Source of the DNA: Candidatus Poribacteria bacterium
GTDB taxonomy: Bacteria; Poribacteria; WGA-4E; WGA-3G
Length of the DNA stretch: 64,000 nt
Direction of reading: 5' to 3'
Assembly (NCBI GenBank): GCA_963663765.2
Contig: CAXXUA010000005.1
Span: forward strand, 224,001-288,000
In this document: positions 20,319 to 32,902 of the stretch, piece after piece
How positions within the stretch are numbered: the stretch's first letter is position 1
Layout: every line of letters starts with the position of its first letter
Notes under the pieces: model-generated
What the model saw: only the letters and a program-made list of their open reading frames with translations
Databases searched by the model: none
What the model was told of the DNA's origin: nothing
Position numbers and translations under genes: made by a program

Positions 20319-20744
20319 ATGGATAATCAAGAAGTCCGTTGGATTCAGCGTGCAGGTAGTTTTGAGAAGGCGTTATCCCGATTGAAAGCCGCGGTCACCT
20401 TGGCTGATCAACGTGAGTTATCTGACTTGGAATCTCAAGGATTGATACAAGGATTTGAATACACACATGAACTTGCTTGGAAAACGTTAAAGAATTTTCT
20501 GGAAGCACAAGGACTAGCGACATTGTATGGTTCGCGTGATACCACGCGTGCTGCATTCAATAATGGTGTGATAGAAAATGGAGAAGTTTGGATGGATATG
20601 ATTGATAAGCGCAATCTAACCTCACATACCTATGATGAAGAAACGGCTGCTGAAGTGGTTAAAATTATCCGAGAAACCTACTATACAGCTTTTGAAGGTC
20701 TGTTAAGCAAACTGCATGAGCTAAAAACGGGACACAATAAATAA
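20319..20744 (+). CDS. HEPN RNase toxin (HI0074 / nucleotidyltransferase substrate-binding family)
   Basis: GLIQGFEYTHELAWK; RNLTSHTY matches RX4HXY. Confidence 0.9.
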   Translation: MDNQEVRWIQRAGSFEKALSRLKAAVTLADQRELSDLESQGLIQGFEYTHELAWKTLKNFLEAQGLATLYGSRDTTRAAFNNGVIENGEVWMDMIDKRNLTSHTYDEETAAEVVKIIRETYYTAFEGLLSKLHELKTGHNK

Positions 20745-20745
20745 A

Positions 20746-21072
20746 ATGAAATTCGGTTTATCTAATAAGACACTTCAAAAAATGCATGCTGTATTTGCTC
20801 AATACCCACAGGTAGAAGAAGCAGTTTTGTACGGTTCCCGTGCCAGAGGTGACTATAAGAACGGTTCTGATATTGACCTAACACTACACGGTGGAGAAGA
20901 CCTTACACATTGGATTATATCCAAAATTGCTACAGACCTTGATGATCAGTTGCTGCCTTATATGATTGACCTATCCATCTACAAAAATATTAAGGACACA
21001 GATTTACTTCAGCAAATTTCAATGGTAGGTGTAACTTTCTATAAGAAAATACATGCACCATCAGAAAGTTAA
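20746..21072 (+). CDS. Minimal nucleotidyltransferase (MNT) antitoxin
   Basis: [15 protein letters not shown] matches GSX10DXD; adjacent to HEPN gene. Confidence 0.9.
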   Translation: MKFGLSNKTLQKMHAVFAQYPQVEEAVLYGSRARGDYKNGSDIDLTLHGGEDLTHWIISKIATDLDDQLLPYMIDLSIYKNIKDTDLLQQISMVGVTFYKKIHAPSES

Positions 21073-21073
21073 G

Positions 21074-21844
21074 ATGCAAAAACTCATAATAGCAGATCAA
21101 ACTTACACATCAAGATTACTCATTGGAACAGCGGGATATCCGAATTTTCATATTCTGTCGGAAGCGATTACTGCAAGCGGTGCAGAAATCGCAACTGTAT
21201 CTATGCGACGAGTGAAATTCACGAATACACCAGAAGAGAATCTTTTTACTCTCTTGCGTGAACAGAATTTGACAATCCTTCCGAATACTGCCGGTTGTTT
21301 TACTGCTAAAGACGCAATCCTAACGGCGCAACTTGCACGAGAAGCTCTTGAGACATCTCTTATCAAGCTTGAAGTAATCGGAGATGAACAAACACTTTTT
21401 CCTGATGTGGAACAACTGCTCAAAGCAGCAGAAAAACTTGTTCAAGAAGGTTTTACTGTTTTACCCTATTGCAATGATGACCCTATCACCTGTCAAAAGT
21501 TAGAGGACATTGGATGTGCTGCTGTAATGCCTTTAGGTGCACCGATAGGTTCAGGTATGGGGATTCGAAACCCATACAACATTCAAATTATACGAGATTG
21601 CGTTAAAGTTCCTCTTATTGTAGATGCGGGTGTTGGTACTGCTTCGGACGCAGCAATTGCTATGGAATTGGGATGTGACGCTGTTCTGCTTAACACAGCA
21701 GTAGCGAAGGCACACCGACCCGTGCTGATGGCAGATGCTATGAAAAAAGCAATTGAAGCGGGTAGGGCAGCATACTTAGCAGGACGTATTCCACGCAAAC
21801 TCTATGCTTCAGCGTCAAGTCCACAAGACGGAATGATTGGTTAA
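21074..21844 (+). CDS. thiG: Thiazole synthase ThiG
   Basis: SRLLIGT; LPNTAGC; IKLEVI; [12 protein letters not shown]; VDAGVG; VLLNTA. Confidence 0.97.
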   Translation: MQKLIIADQTYTSRLLIGTAGYPNFHILSEAITASGAEIATVSMRRVKFTNTPEENLFTLLREQNLTILPNTAGCFTAKDAILTAQLAREALETSLIKLEVIGDEQTLFPDVEQLLKAAEKLVQEGFTVLPYCNDDPITCQKLEDIGCAAVMPLGAPIGSGMGIRNPYNIQIIRDCVKVPLIVDAGVGTASDAAIAMELGCDAVLLNTAVAKAHRPVLMADAMKKAIEAGRAAYLAGRIPRKLYASASSPQDGMIG

Positions 21845-21894
21845 CCTATCTGATACGTTCCCTGACAAAAATATACAAAAATTGGAGTCTACAT

Positions 21895-23109
21895 TTGAAA
21901 ACAATCAATACACCTTTTTGGATAGGTACACTCTTATGTGCATTACTTCTAAACGTGCGATGTCAACTAACTCATGCTCAAGAACCGCATGAATTCGGGC
22001 AGGATTTACTTCAAATTTTGCCTCAACTCCCTGAACCAGATCCGGCAAAACTCACTATTGATTCATACCTTTCTAACACATTCAACAATCATATAGAACT
22101 TGGCTTAAGTGTTGATCCTCAAAACAGCAGCCTGGCAGGACAGGATGATCCGCAACTTGAAGGATTGATAAATACATTGGGTGTTAACCTACGCGGCGAT
22201 CTACCAATTGGGGATAAAGTGAGACTGAAGTTGCAGTATTCTCCCCAATTTGATAACTACACAGGTTCATCAGGTAAACTTAATGAATTTGATGCATTTA
22301 CCGATGTTACCTCAACTGAATTGAGTTTTCGTCCTAATGCAAGTTTACCCGAAATCGTCGCATATCATCAACTTCAACGGTTGACACGCGAACTAAATGT
22401 CTATGACAACACGGACCGACAGATTGGACTCCGCTTTGGACGTTTATTAGAATACAATTTGCGTATCCACCGATTCGACGATGAGTCTGAAGGACGAGAA
22501 GACTTCCTACTCATCGGATCAACAAGCCACAAAGCAACGACCCGTTTCCAGTTTGGGCTACACAAACAGATACTTGGAAAAGTTGAATACGCAATAGAAC
22601 GTGGGGGCTACCAAACGAATCTGAACAATCTGATTTTGGGTGAAGCAGAATTTGAAGATGGACAACGTCGTCTTGATTGGCGACATATCGGTTCTGTAAA
22701 ATTATTACAAACAGCAGCGAAACGTATTGTGTTTCAAGAAGAGGTTAACCTGTTTATGAACCGTTCCAACGTTGATTACTTCAACTTTGTGAGTACTGAA
22801 GCAGCGTTAAGCACCTTTTATCGTATAGACACGGGACGATGGATGCGGCTTAGGTTTTCGCGTGTTTGGGTGCAGTTTGATAGTAGGCAACTTGAAGATG
22901 AGGAAGGACTTCCTATGGAAGACGCAGATAATAGAAATGATACGCAACTGGGGGTGTCAGCACTTATCAATTGGTCTTTCACACCAAACGTCACATTGAA
23001 TATTGACTACCAACTCATTCACAACCGTACGAATATAACAAGGCAGGTGCTTGATTTTCTGAACTATAATCACAATATTGTCAGTTTGACGTTGCGAGGT
23101 CAGTATTAG
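21895..23109 (+). CDS. Putative outer-membrane beta-barrel protein
   Basis: Signal peptide, alternating amphipathic strands, C-terminal aromatic residue (SLTLRGQY). Confidence 0.65.
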   Translation: MKTINTPFWIGTLLCALLLNVRCQLTHAQEPHEFGQDLLQILPQLPEPDPAKLTIDSYLSNTFNNHIELGLSVDPQNSSLAGQDDPQLEGLINTLGVNLRGDLPIGDKVRLKLQYSPQFDNYTGSSGKLNEFDAFTDVTSTELSFRPNASLPEIVAYHQLQRLTRELNVYDNTDRQIGLRFGRLLEYNLRIHRFDDESEGREDFLLIGSTSHKATTRFQFGLHKQILGKVEYAIERGGYQTNLNNLILGEAEFEDGQRRLDWRHIGSVKLLQTAAKRIVFQEEVNLFMNRSNVDYFNFVSTEAALSTFYRIDTGRWMRLRFSRVWVQFDSRQLEDEEGLPMEDADNRNDTQLGVSALINWSFTPNVTLNIDYQLIHNRTNITRQVLDFLNYNHNIVSLTLRGQY

Positions 23110-23163
23110 TGGTGTTATAATAAAAACATATAACCCATTAAATCAACATAAAGGAGTTCACCA

Positions 23164-23649
23164 ATGCGAAAACAACAAATTGTAACGAGTTACAAACAGT
23201 TCCACGTCATCACCCACGATTTAGATGAGACAGAAGATCTCAAAGCAGAGTGTAATGCACAATTGGGTATAGGCGTTCGGTTAGCTGATTGGAACGACAT
23301 TGTTGCCTATGTCAATGCAGGTGGTTCGTTGGATGACTTCATTGAAGCACTGAAGATTCCACTTGAGTATGTCAACCCTGAGGATATGGACCCAATACCG
23401 AACACATCCTACCGTATCTCTATGAATGGTGAACTACGCTGGCAAGGGGATAGACATTTTTTCTTTGCACGACACGACCATTCTATACGTGGAGACTTTC
23501 TACCACACGATGACCTTGATGACTATCACCTGACACTGGGGTCATGGGTAGGCAAAGGTGGATTTGCACTCTGCTACGGAGACCTTGAAGGTACGGAAGC
23601 ACCCCCTGAACCAGATATATCAGAACCAATAGAGACATCGGGCGGCTGA
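23164..23649 (+). CDS. Hypothetical acidic protein
   Basis: Strong SD AAGGAG before ATG; no family recognised with confidence. Confidence 0.7.
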   Translation: MRKQQIVTSYKQFHVITHDLDETEDLKAECNAQLGIGVRLADWNDIVAYVNAGGSLDDFIEALKIPLEYVNPEDMDPIPNTSYRISMNGELRWQGDRHFFFARHDHSIRGDFLPHDDLDDYHLTLGSWVGKGGFALCYGDLEGTEAPPEPDISEPIETSGG

Positions 23650-23859
23650 GGCTGAGGCTGAGGAAGCTAATGCAGTGGCGGTGCCATTGCTTAAATACGT
23701 TTTTTCCAGCAGATGTGTTGACAAAGCCTACCCACCAGGTAGGACAGAAATCATAAAATTTCAATGTAAAAGAATACATCCTTGTAGGCGCACCTTCAAA
23801 TCACGCATACAAGGATGTCTGCTTTTGTTTAATAAATTTCTACAATGTTTCACAGGTTG

Positions 23860-24876
23860 TTATGCCCACGGTTCTAATACGACTTTACCACAATTTCCTG
23901 TACACTGCAGTTCCCATGCTTGCTGTACTTCAGTCATTGGAAAGGTATGTGTGATATATGTTTCCAGTTTGTCAGCAGATTCTTCAATAACCTTCATCAA
24001 TTTGGGATAGAAACCGAGGTTGTAGTGCCAATTCCCTCGGAGTACAAGACCTTTGCGTATCATATCTCTGCTTGCGGCAAGTGGGAATTCGCCACCCTCT
24101 CCAATGAATGTGACCTGACCTTTTCTACGTGAAGCATCCACCATCAACCGATGTGCTGCAGATGCCCCGGAACAGTCTAGGGCTTTGTCAATACCGACAC
24201 CTTTTGTCAACTCACGGATTTGATTGAGGATGTCTTCATCATTCGGGTCTAAAACGACTTCTGCCCCTAACTTCTTGGCGAGTTCGGCACGATAGGGGTG
24301 ACTTTCCACGCCGATCACACGTGCCCCACGGTAGCTTGCATTGATGATACCGCCAAGTCCTACCGGACCTAATCCTGTGACCATTACAGTATCCAAGGCA
24401 TCAACCTGCATCTGTTCCATTGCACCGAATGTCGGTCCGAGTCCACAGCACGCCATACCACCGTGTGCGTAACTCATGCCATCCGGGATAGGGAATAGGA
24501 GGTCCTCCATTTTGTGCATATACTGTGCATAAGTTGCTCCTGCAGGATCTGAACCAAGGATTTCTCGGATATTTCGTCCTCTCATACAGTGGATATGTTC
24601 ACCGACGACACACATCTGACACTTGCCACATGCATTCTGGGGTTGAACAACCACGCGGTCTCCGACCTTTACGCGACCGGGTTGTGCCACTTCAACCACT
24701 TCACCAGCGGCTTCGTGTCCAAAATGCTCTCCTGAGCGATTACCTTTAAATCCCTTATATTCCGTACACATCGGAACGGCATGGATTTTAACCACAACAA
24801 CATCCCCTGCTGCTTTAGGATCAGGTTTGTCTACTACGCCACCTTTGCCTTCACCAAACATTGCTGCTACTTTCAT
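23860..24876 (-). CDS. Zinc-binding (MDR) alcohol/threonine dehydrogenase family protein
   Basis: GHEAAGEV; CGKCQMC..GEHIHC; GLGPVG; GKVVL. ATG start chosen at MKVAAMF. Confidence 0.9.
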   Translation of the reverse strand: MKVAAMFGEGKGGVVDKPDPKAAGDVVVVKIHAVPMCTEYKGFKGNRSGEHFGHEAAGEVVEVAQPGRVKVGDRVVVQPQNACGKCQMCVVGEHIHCMRGRNIREILGSDPAGATYAQYMHKMEDLLFPIPDGMSYAHGGMACCGLGPTFGAMEQMQVDALDTVMVTGLGPVGLGGIINASYRGARVIGVESHPYRAELAKKLGAEVVLDPNDEDILNQIRELTKGVGIDKALDCSGASAAHRLMVDASRRKGQVTFIGEGGEFPLAASRDMIRKGLVLRGNWHYNLGFYPKLMKVIEESADKLETYITHTFPMTEVQQAWELQCTGNCGKVVLEPWA

Positions 24877-25095
24877 ATTTTTTACTGCATGTTCCGGTTC
24901 AATTATCACCGAAACCCGCGACCAAACTCTCCATAGTACTATATACGGATAGGTCTATCTCTAAAACAGAGTTGGTCTCTACCTCCTTTTATTTCAAAGT
25001 AATAATACCATAACACATTCAGATAAATCTGTCTACAATAAAACGAACGGTATCAGTTTTCTCTAACTTGGTGTGTAATCATATCAAACCATAAG

Positions 25096-26628
25096 TTACT
25101 TTGCTCTAATGCGACTACGTGGATAGATTAAGATAGCGTCAGAAATAGCGCGGCCTTGGTAGGTTGGCATTGGACGGATCCGACGGTTGCCACGTCCAGT
25201 ACGTGTGTTCTGTGCAGGAGTAACCTTTTGAGGTTCCTGTTTTTTCTTAGATGCGTCAGGTTTAACTTCTTTCTCAGATTGCTTTTCAGTTATACCTAGT
25301 TTTGTATTTTTTTCAGGTTGTTTTTTGGTTGAATCAACTTTGACATCCTTCTCAGGTTGCTTTTCTGTGGACACAGGTTTTGTATTTTTCTCAGGTTGTT
25401 TTGCTGGTGGAGTCTGTCTCGGTCTGTTTTGAGATGGAGCGCGAGTTGGTCTTCTTCGTTTCACACTTACCACTTCATTTCGAATGACCATCATTGATGA
25501 AAAACCGCCATCCAAATTGACTGCATCTGTTGCTCCCCAATCCAAGAAGAGTTTAGCGAGTTTTTGTAACATGACACCGCGACGAACACCGGGGTTAGCA
25601 GCAGTGATTGTCACAAAGAGCAGTGTGCCATCCGCTGTTTTTCCAACTGCTGTGCGTGGATGCCAAAAACTGTGAAATGACCGATCAAATCCTTCCTGTT
25701 CATACGACTTTGTTGTCGCTTTAATCCCATCACGTAGTAGCAAGGGACCGCCGCCGATAATATGTGAAAAATCCTTCCACAAATTGCTGTCTCCAGTGCT
25801 TTCAGGAATAATCTTCTCTTGGATTTTAACTTTATCTCCAAGTTTAACTTCTCTCAAAAGCAATCCATGTTTTCTTCCATGTGCCGATAGAACGTAACCA
25901 TCTGATGGGATGGGAGTACTCCCTTTTCCATTTCTGATGTCTGTGATTTCATTGTTCCGGACGACTACTTCAACACCGTCAGACATTGTCAAGGTCACAG
26001 AATGAAAATTAGGTCGGTAAAGTACCAGTTCGTTTCTCAAGCGACCACGATTGATTCCATCAATCGTCAGTGACGCACCGTTTGAAAATACAGCATCTTG
26101 CTGGAGAACAATCCGATCCATGTAGGTTTCTATCTGTCCATCAACATATTTGAAAGCAACCACACCGCGTCCCTGTTCGGGTTCACTCATCCACTTCCCA
26201 TCAATTTTCAATGCACCGACAGACTCCCCGCGAAAAGTGCCTGACATCTCATAGAAACCACCATTGATTGCAATGGGTGCGTTGTGTCGTTGTGCTAATG
26301 AGGGCAGGGTCTCTGTGCCAATTCCCGCGCTGAGTGCTTGAATTGGTCGGATGGCTACCGATTCAGGTTCAATAAACAGAATATTTGTTAGGACTCCATT
26401 GTCCAACATCTGTCTATGGATAATACCGGGTGAGACTTGTCTTGTTTCGTCACTCCGTTCAAAATCGGTATAGGATTTGAAATAATCTGGGATTTTGTCA
26501 AACCGCACCTCTCTGCCAACCCAGATACCGATACCGAAAATCGTAAGAAAACCGATAATTATCCAAGTGCGCGGGTAACGTCTAATAAAACGTATACATC
26601 TTTTGAGTAAGTATGTAATATCAAACAT
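25096..26628 (-). CDS. Phosphodiester glycosidase (NAGPA/DUF2233) family membrane-anchored protein
   Basis: AINGGFY; GGGPLLL; HPRTAVG; AVNLDGGFSS; N-terminal TM; K/E/P-rich repeat insert. Confidence 0.9.
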   Translation of the reverse strand: MFDITYLLKRCIRFIRRYPRTWIIIGFLTIFGIGIWVGREVRFDKIPDYFKSYTDFERSDETRQVSPGIIHRQMLDNGVLTNILFIEPESVAIRPIQALSAGIGTETLPSLAQRHNAPIAINGGFYEMSGTFRGESVGALKIDGKWMSEPEQGRGVVAFKYVDGQIETYMDRIVLQQDAVFSNGASLTIDGINRGRLRNELVLYRPNFHSVTLTMSDGVEVVVRNNEITDIRNGKGSTPIPSDGYVLSAHGRKHGLLLREVKLGDKVKIQEKIIPESTGDSNLWKDFSHIIGGGPLLLRDGIKATTKSYEQEGFDRSFHSFWHPRTAVGKTADGTLLFVTITAANPGVRRGVMLQKLAKLFLDWGATDAVNLDGGFSSMMVIRNEVVSVKRRRPTRAPSQNRPRQTPPAKQPEKNTKPVSTEKQPEKDVKVDSTKKQPEKNTKLGITEKQSEKEVKPDASKKKQEPQKVTPAQNTRTGRGNRRIRPMPTYQGRAISDAILIYPRSRIRAK

Positions 26629-26692
26629 TTTGTGTAAAACGAGAACTTTACTTGTTCCTGTCTAAATTCCCAACACCCGCGGTGGTTTCTGA

Positions 26693-28111
26693 CTACGTAG
26701 AGTCGTCGAGGCTCATCAAGACGTTTTCTATTCTACTCTCCCATTCATCGCAGGTCGCATGGGTTCTCCGCACAGATGCACCAATATAATTCGTTGGTGC
26801 GTGGAGTGCTTCGCGTTGCGGTTCTGTCAACTTGTCCAAGAACGGACGAAAGGTCTCATCCTCCCATAGTAGTGTCGTCAGACTTTTCCCAGTCTGATGG
26901 ACTTGTGCAATCAACTTACGTGTATGGTCGTAAGCATCTGGAAACCCGTAAAATGCCATCAATAGGTAGATTGGTTCAGCAATTGTGTCCTCTGCACTCA
27001 TATCAAGGTTGCGTTGCATATTATCCGCTTTGACATCCATTTCATCTAATGCACGTCGGAGTCGATAGATTGCATAATTAAAAGCAGTAAACAATTCTGT
27101 CACGAAACGACTGGAAGCAGAATTCGTGAGATCACGTTGATGTTCTAAAATGCTATCCATAAAGACAGTCTGCATGCGTGGTACAAACGCTTTCCACAGA
27201 CTCTTTATGTTTTCATACGCCTCTGGATTGATTTTGTGTGGCATCGTTGACGAACCGACCAGTTGTGGGTTGTACTTCCTGCCGACCTCAGCAATTTCTG
27301 TGCGATAAAGATGGCGCATGTCGTCTGCAAAATTTGCAAGCACTGTATAGGCTGCGGTGACATGATATGCCACATCTGAGATAAACTCAGGTTCCACACA
27401 CTGTGTAGAGGTGTGCGTGTCGGAAGGTTTCAATCCAAGTAGTGCCAAAAAATCTCCTTCTATCTGTTCTGGATGTTCATGGATCAAGGATAATCCGTTA
27501 AATGCACCAACTGCACCCGAAAACTGTCCACGTAGATTCTGACCTGCTTCATGTATCTTTTCGATTCGTGTGCCGAGTCTGCTGATGTAGAGTGCTAACG
27601 CATATCCAAAAGTTGTCGGTTCAGCGTGTTGACCGTGCGTCCTGCCAATTTGCGGTGTCTCTGCGTGTTCACGTGCTAAAGCAATCAGTTGCTTTTCCAA
27701 AGCAATCATATCCGGGACAATCACTTTTTCAATGAGTGCCTTGTAACGCATCGCAGTCGCTGTATCTAAAATGTCTGCTGATGTAGCGAAAAGATGTACA
27801 TAAGGTCGCGCTTCTGGACTGATCTTACTTCGTATTACATTGACCAGGGATCGGATGTTATGTCGAATTCGCCTTTGTTCTTCGTAGACATCCTCAGCAG
27901 TAACCTGATCCACTGCTTTTTCAACTTCATCTGCAATTGCCGATGAACAGACACCGTAGTTTGCCAATGTACGCACCAACGCTGCCTCAACCTTTGCCTG
28001 ATATGTGACATATCCTGCCTCAGAGACGTAGGGTAGGAGTCGTTTCATGAATTTCTCATCGCCGCCATAGTATCTAAAGTCCAATGGACTGACGGCTTCA
28101 TATAACTGCAT
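26693..28111 (-). CDS. purB: Adenylosuccinate lyase
   Basis: SPLDFRY; ATSADILDT; GRTHGQHAEPTTFG; GAVG; GSSTMPHKINP; EHQRDLTNS. Confidence 0.9.
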   Translation of the reverse strand: MQLYEAVSPLDFRYYGGDEKFMKRLLPYVSEAGYVTYQAKVEAALVRTLANYGVCSSAIADEVEKAVDQVTAEDVYEEQRRIRHNIRSLVNVIRSKISPEARPYVHLFATSADILDTATAMRYKALIEKVIVPDMIALEKQLIALAREHAETPQIGRTHGQHAEPTTFGYALALYISRLGTRIEKIHEAGQNLRGQFSGAVGAFNGLSLIHEHPEQIEGDFLALLGLKPSDTHTSTQCVEPEFISDVAYHVTAAYTVLANFADDMRHLYRTEIAEVGRKYNPQLVGSSTMPHKINPEAYENIKSLWKAFVPRMQTVFMDSILEHQRDLTNSASSRFVTELFTAFNYAIYRLRRALDEMDVKADNMQRNLDMSAEDTIAEPIYLLMAFYGFPDAYDHTRKLIAQVHQTGKSLTTLLWEDETFRPFLDKLTEPQREALHAPTNYIGASVRRTHATCDEWESRIENVLMSLDDST

Positions 28112-28598
28112 AGAACATTTTTCTCCAAGTTTTTTTGGTAATTGTATATTAAACTGTTAAGATTGTAAAGGGATTTATTGATAGGAATATTTAGTTTTAT
28201 AAATGTTCGGATTTTCAAAAAAAGAACTCCACGGTAGTAGCGAACCGGGGAATGCCTTTCAGCATTCCCCTGGATTAGTCGATTTCCAGGATTACCTCAT
28301 CAGGTGTTTCAGTTTAGAGTAAGTGTTTCTTAGGAATAGCACACCACTGCCTAAACCTTTTATCCCGATAATCTATAGATCCTGATAATCCTCGTTTAGA
28401 CACAGGACATATACGGTTCACCCTCTCAATTTATGCAAAATTATTTACACTCTCAGCATTCCTTTTAACTTGCAGAAATCAAAAACTTTTGCTAAAATGG
28501 AAAGAAGACAACAATTCTATCATGTTTATCTGCTGACCGATATATTTCAGATAAAACTTTTGGATTTCACAGACAAATTTATATGGGAAGAAGATTGA

Positions 28599-30836
<2,238 letters not shown>

Positions 30837-30855
30837 TTATTCAAAGTTCGTAACT

Positions 30856-30886
30856 AACAGGAGCGTGAACACCACACGCTCCTGTT
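30856..30886 (+). terminator. Hairpin downstream of katG (probable terminator)
   Basis: AACAGGAGCGTG-loop-CACGCTCCTGTT. Confidence 0.65.
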
Positions 30887-30962
30887 GCATTAATTCCACC
30901 TGCAACGTCAATCTTAGAAAAAGACTTAACCATTCCCGCCAGATCCTTTCATTTGGAGATCA

Positions 30963-32288
30963 ATGAAAAACGATAAGAAATCTATTTTCGGTTGGTGCAT
31001 GTATGATTGGGCAAATTCTGCCTATATTACTACTGTCCATGCTGCATTGCTACCCATATATTTTAAGGAAGGAATTGTTGGGGATAGGGGAGTTACTATT
31101 TTAGGACTAGAGTTTGAGGCAACAGAGTTATGGGGGTATATGGTCGGAAGTGCTGCACTGATTGTTTTTCTCTTTGCTCCTGTACTTGGTTCTGTCGCTG
31201 ATTTTTCCTCAGCAAAAAAAAGGTTTCTTATAGGGTTTGCATATTTTGGGAGTCTGTTTGCCACCTTACTCTTTATCTGTAATCCTGGAGATCTGTGGTT
31301 GACTATTGTGCTTTATATCAGTTCACAGGTCTGTTTTGTTGGTGGTAATGTCTTCTATGATTCATTTCTACCACACATTGCTTCTGAAGATAAACTGGAT
31401 TCTATTTCTGCAAGAGGGTATGCATTTGGTTATGTAGGGGGTTCACTACAATTTGGTCTTTCACTAATTTTCGTCACTATGCACGACACGTTTGGGATTA
31501 GCCAAACGATGGCTGTGCGTATCTGCATGGCAATGACAGGAATCTGGTGGGCAGGTTGGACGATAATTCCTCTAATACTATTAAGAGAGGACAGAACAAC
31601 TCAACTGCTTCCTGAAGCATACCAGAATCGACCAAGAATCTTCGCATATCTTTCCGTCGGTATCAACCGTACAATTGCCACTGCAAAAAAGGTTGGTCAT
31701 TTCAAACATCTCTCTCTATTTGTTATTGCTTACATGGTGTATAATGATGGTGCACATACTGTTACAAGTATGGCAGCAATCTATGGCAAAGGTGAATTAG
31801 GACTAGAAAGCACTCAACTTATGATTACACTGCTACTTGTTCAAGTTGTTGCGATCGGAGGTGCGTTGATCTTTGGGGTACTTGCTAAACGTATCGGTAC
31901 AAAACAAGCAGTAATGTTTTCATTAGTGCTATGGAGCGGTGTTGTGATTTATGGATATTTTATCCATTCAGCAACCGAATTCTTTATATTGGGAATGGTG
32001 GTGGGATTAGTACTCGGAGGGACACAAGCACTTAGTCGTTCTTTCTATGGTGCAATGATTCCAGAACAAGCAAGTGCCGAGTTTTATGGATTCTTTTCTG
32101 TTTTTAGTAAATTTTCTGCAATCTTGGGACCTATGACATTTGGGTTAATTAAACAGGTAACGGGTTCTGCACGGTCGGCGATCATTTCAATAATTGTGTT
32201 CTTTATTGTTGGATTGGTATTGCTCGCATTTGTGAATGAGGAGAAAGCAAAAGCAGAAAAACGTGCATTTGATGTAAGTAATATCTGA
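30963..32288 (+). CDS. MFS transporter, UMF1/ATG22 (BtlA-like) family
   Basis: WCMYDWANSAY; FYDSFL; SARGYAFGYVG; QALSRS; about 12 TM. Confidence 0.9.
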   Translation: MKNDKKSIFGWCMYDWANSAYITTVHAALLPIYFKEGIVGDRGVTILGLEFEATELWGYMVGSAALIVFLFAPVLGSVADFSSAKKRFLIGFAYFGSLFATLLFICNPGDLWLTIVLYISSQVCFVGGNVFYDSFLPHIASEDKLDSISARGYAFGYVGGSLQFGLSLIFVTMHDTFGISQTMAVRICMAMTGIWWAGWTIIPLILLREDRTTQLLPEAYQNRPRIFAYLSVGINRTIATAKKVGHFKHLSLFVIAYMVYNDGAHTVTSMAAIYGKGELGLESTQLMITLLLVQVVAIGGALIFGVLAKRIGTKQAVMFSLVLWSGVVIYGYFIHSATEFFILGMVVGLVLGGTQALSRSFYGAMIPEQASAEFYGFFSVFSKFSAILGPMTFGLIKQVTGSARSAIISIIVFFIVGLVLLAFVNEEKAKAEKRAFDVSNI

Positions 32289-32353
32289 CACTGATACATT
32301 TATAATCACTTAAGTTGCTACCTACAAGATTTTAATCATGTAAATACCGTTTT

Positions 32354-32560
32354 TAATCTCTCAGGACTTACGCACCCAACGGTAGACGGGGAATCCTAAT
32401 TGGCATTCATATCCTTGATTTGGTGCTTTGTAGGCGGGGAATGCCAAAAGGCATTCATACCGTTGATTTGGCACTGGAAACCGAAAAAATGTTGAAAAAT
32501 ACACCATTTTCGTCATAATTCTTCATCAAACCATGAAAACTGCGTAAGTCCTGAGAGATT
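32354..32560. mobile_element. MITE-like element with 20-bp terminal inverted repeats
   Basis: aatctctcaggacttacgca (32354-32373) pairs with tgcgtaagtcctgagagatt (32541-32560). Internal gcattcata.c.ttgatttgg direct repeats. The left end recurs at about 62882. Confidence 0.65.
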
Positions 32561-32872
32561 GACTCATTTTCGTTCTATTTTTTAGCCGCCACTTTTAGTT
32601 TGCACCCTTATGACACAAACTATGGTAGATTATACAATTGGATATCTATTGGAAATCCCAATAAACAGACACCCAAAAAACTACAAAAACCATAAAAAAT
32701 CATATATAATATATACAAAAGAAAAGCACACAACAAATACACTATGCAAAACCAACACTCAACACAAAAAAACACAAACAAAAAACCGTACCAAAAAATG
32801 AAAATAATTTTACCAAAAAGCACAACAAAAATACCGATAATGCCTTATAGATACTGGACGCATAACACCTTT

Positions 32873-32902
32873 TCAAAACCGTACCGTACGGTACGGTTTT
32901 GA
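32873..32902. repeat. Perfect 30-bp palindrome
   Basis: tcaaaaccgtaccgt|acggtacggttttga. Confidence 0.9.

Noticed and set aside
23645-23663. GCTGAG x3 microsatellite at the stop of 23164-23649
   Set aside because: Short, mostly outside the CDS, and no plausible phase-variation effect.
24955-24968. Minus-strand GTTTTAGAGATAG resembling the start of a Cas9 repeat
   Set aside because: Single short match with no array, tracrRNA or cas9; probably chance.
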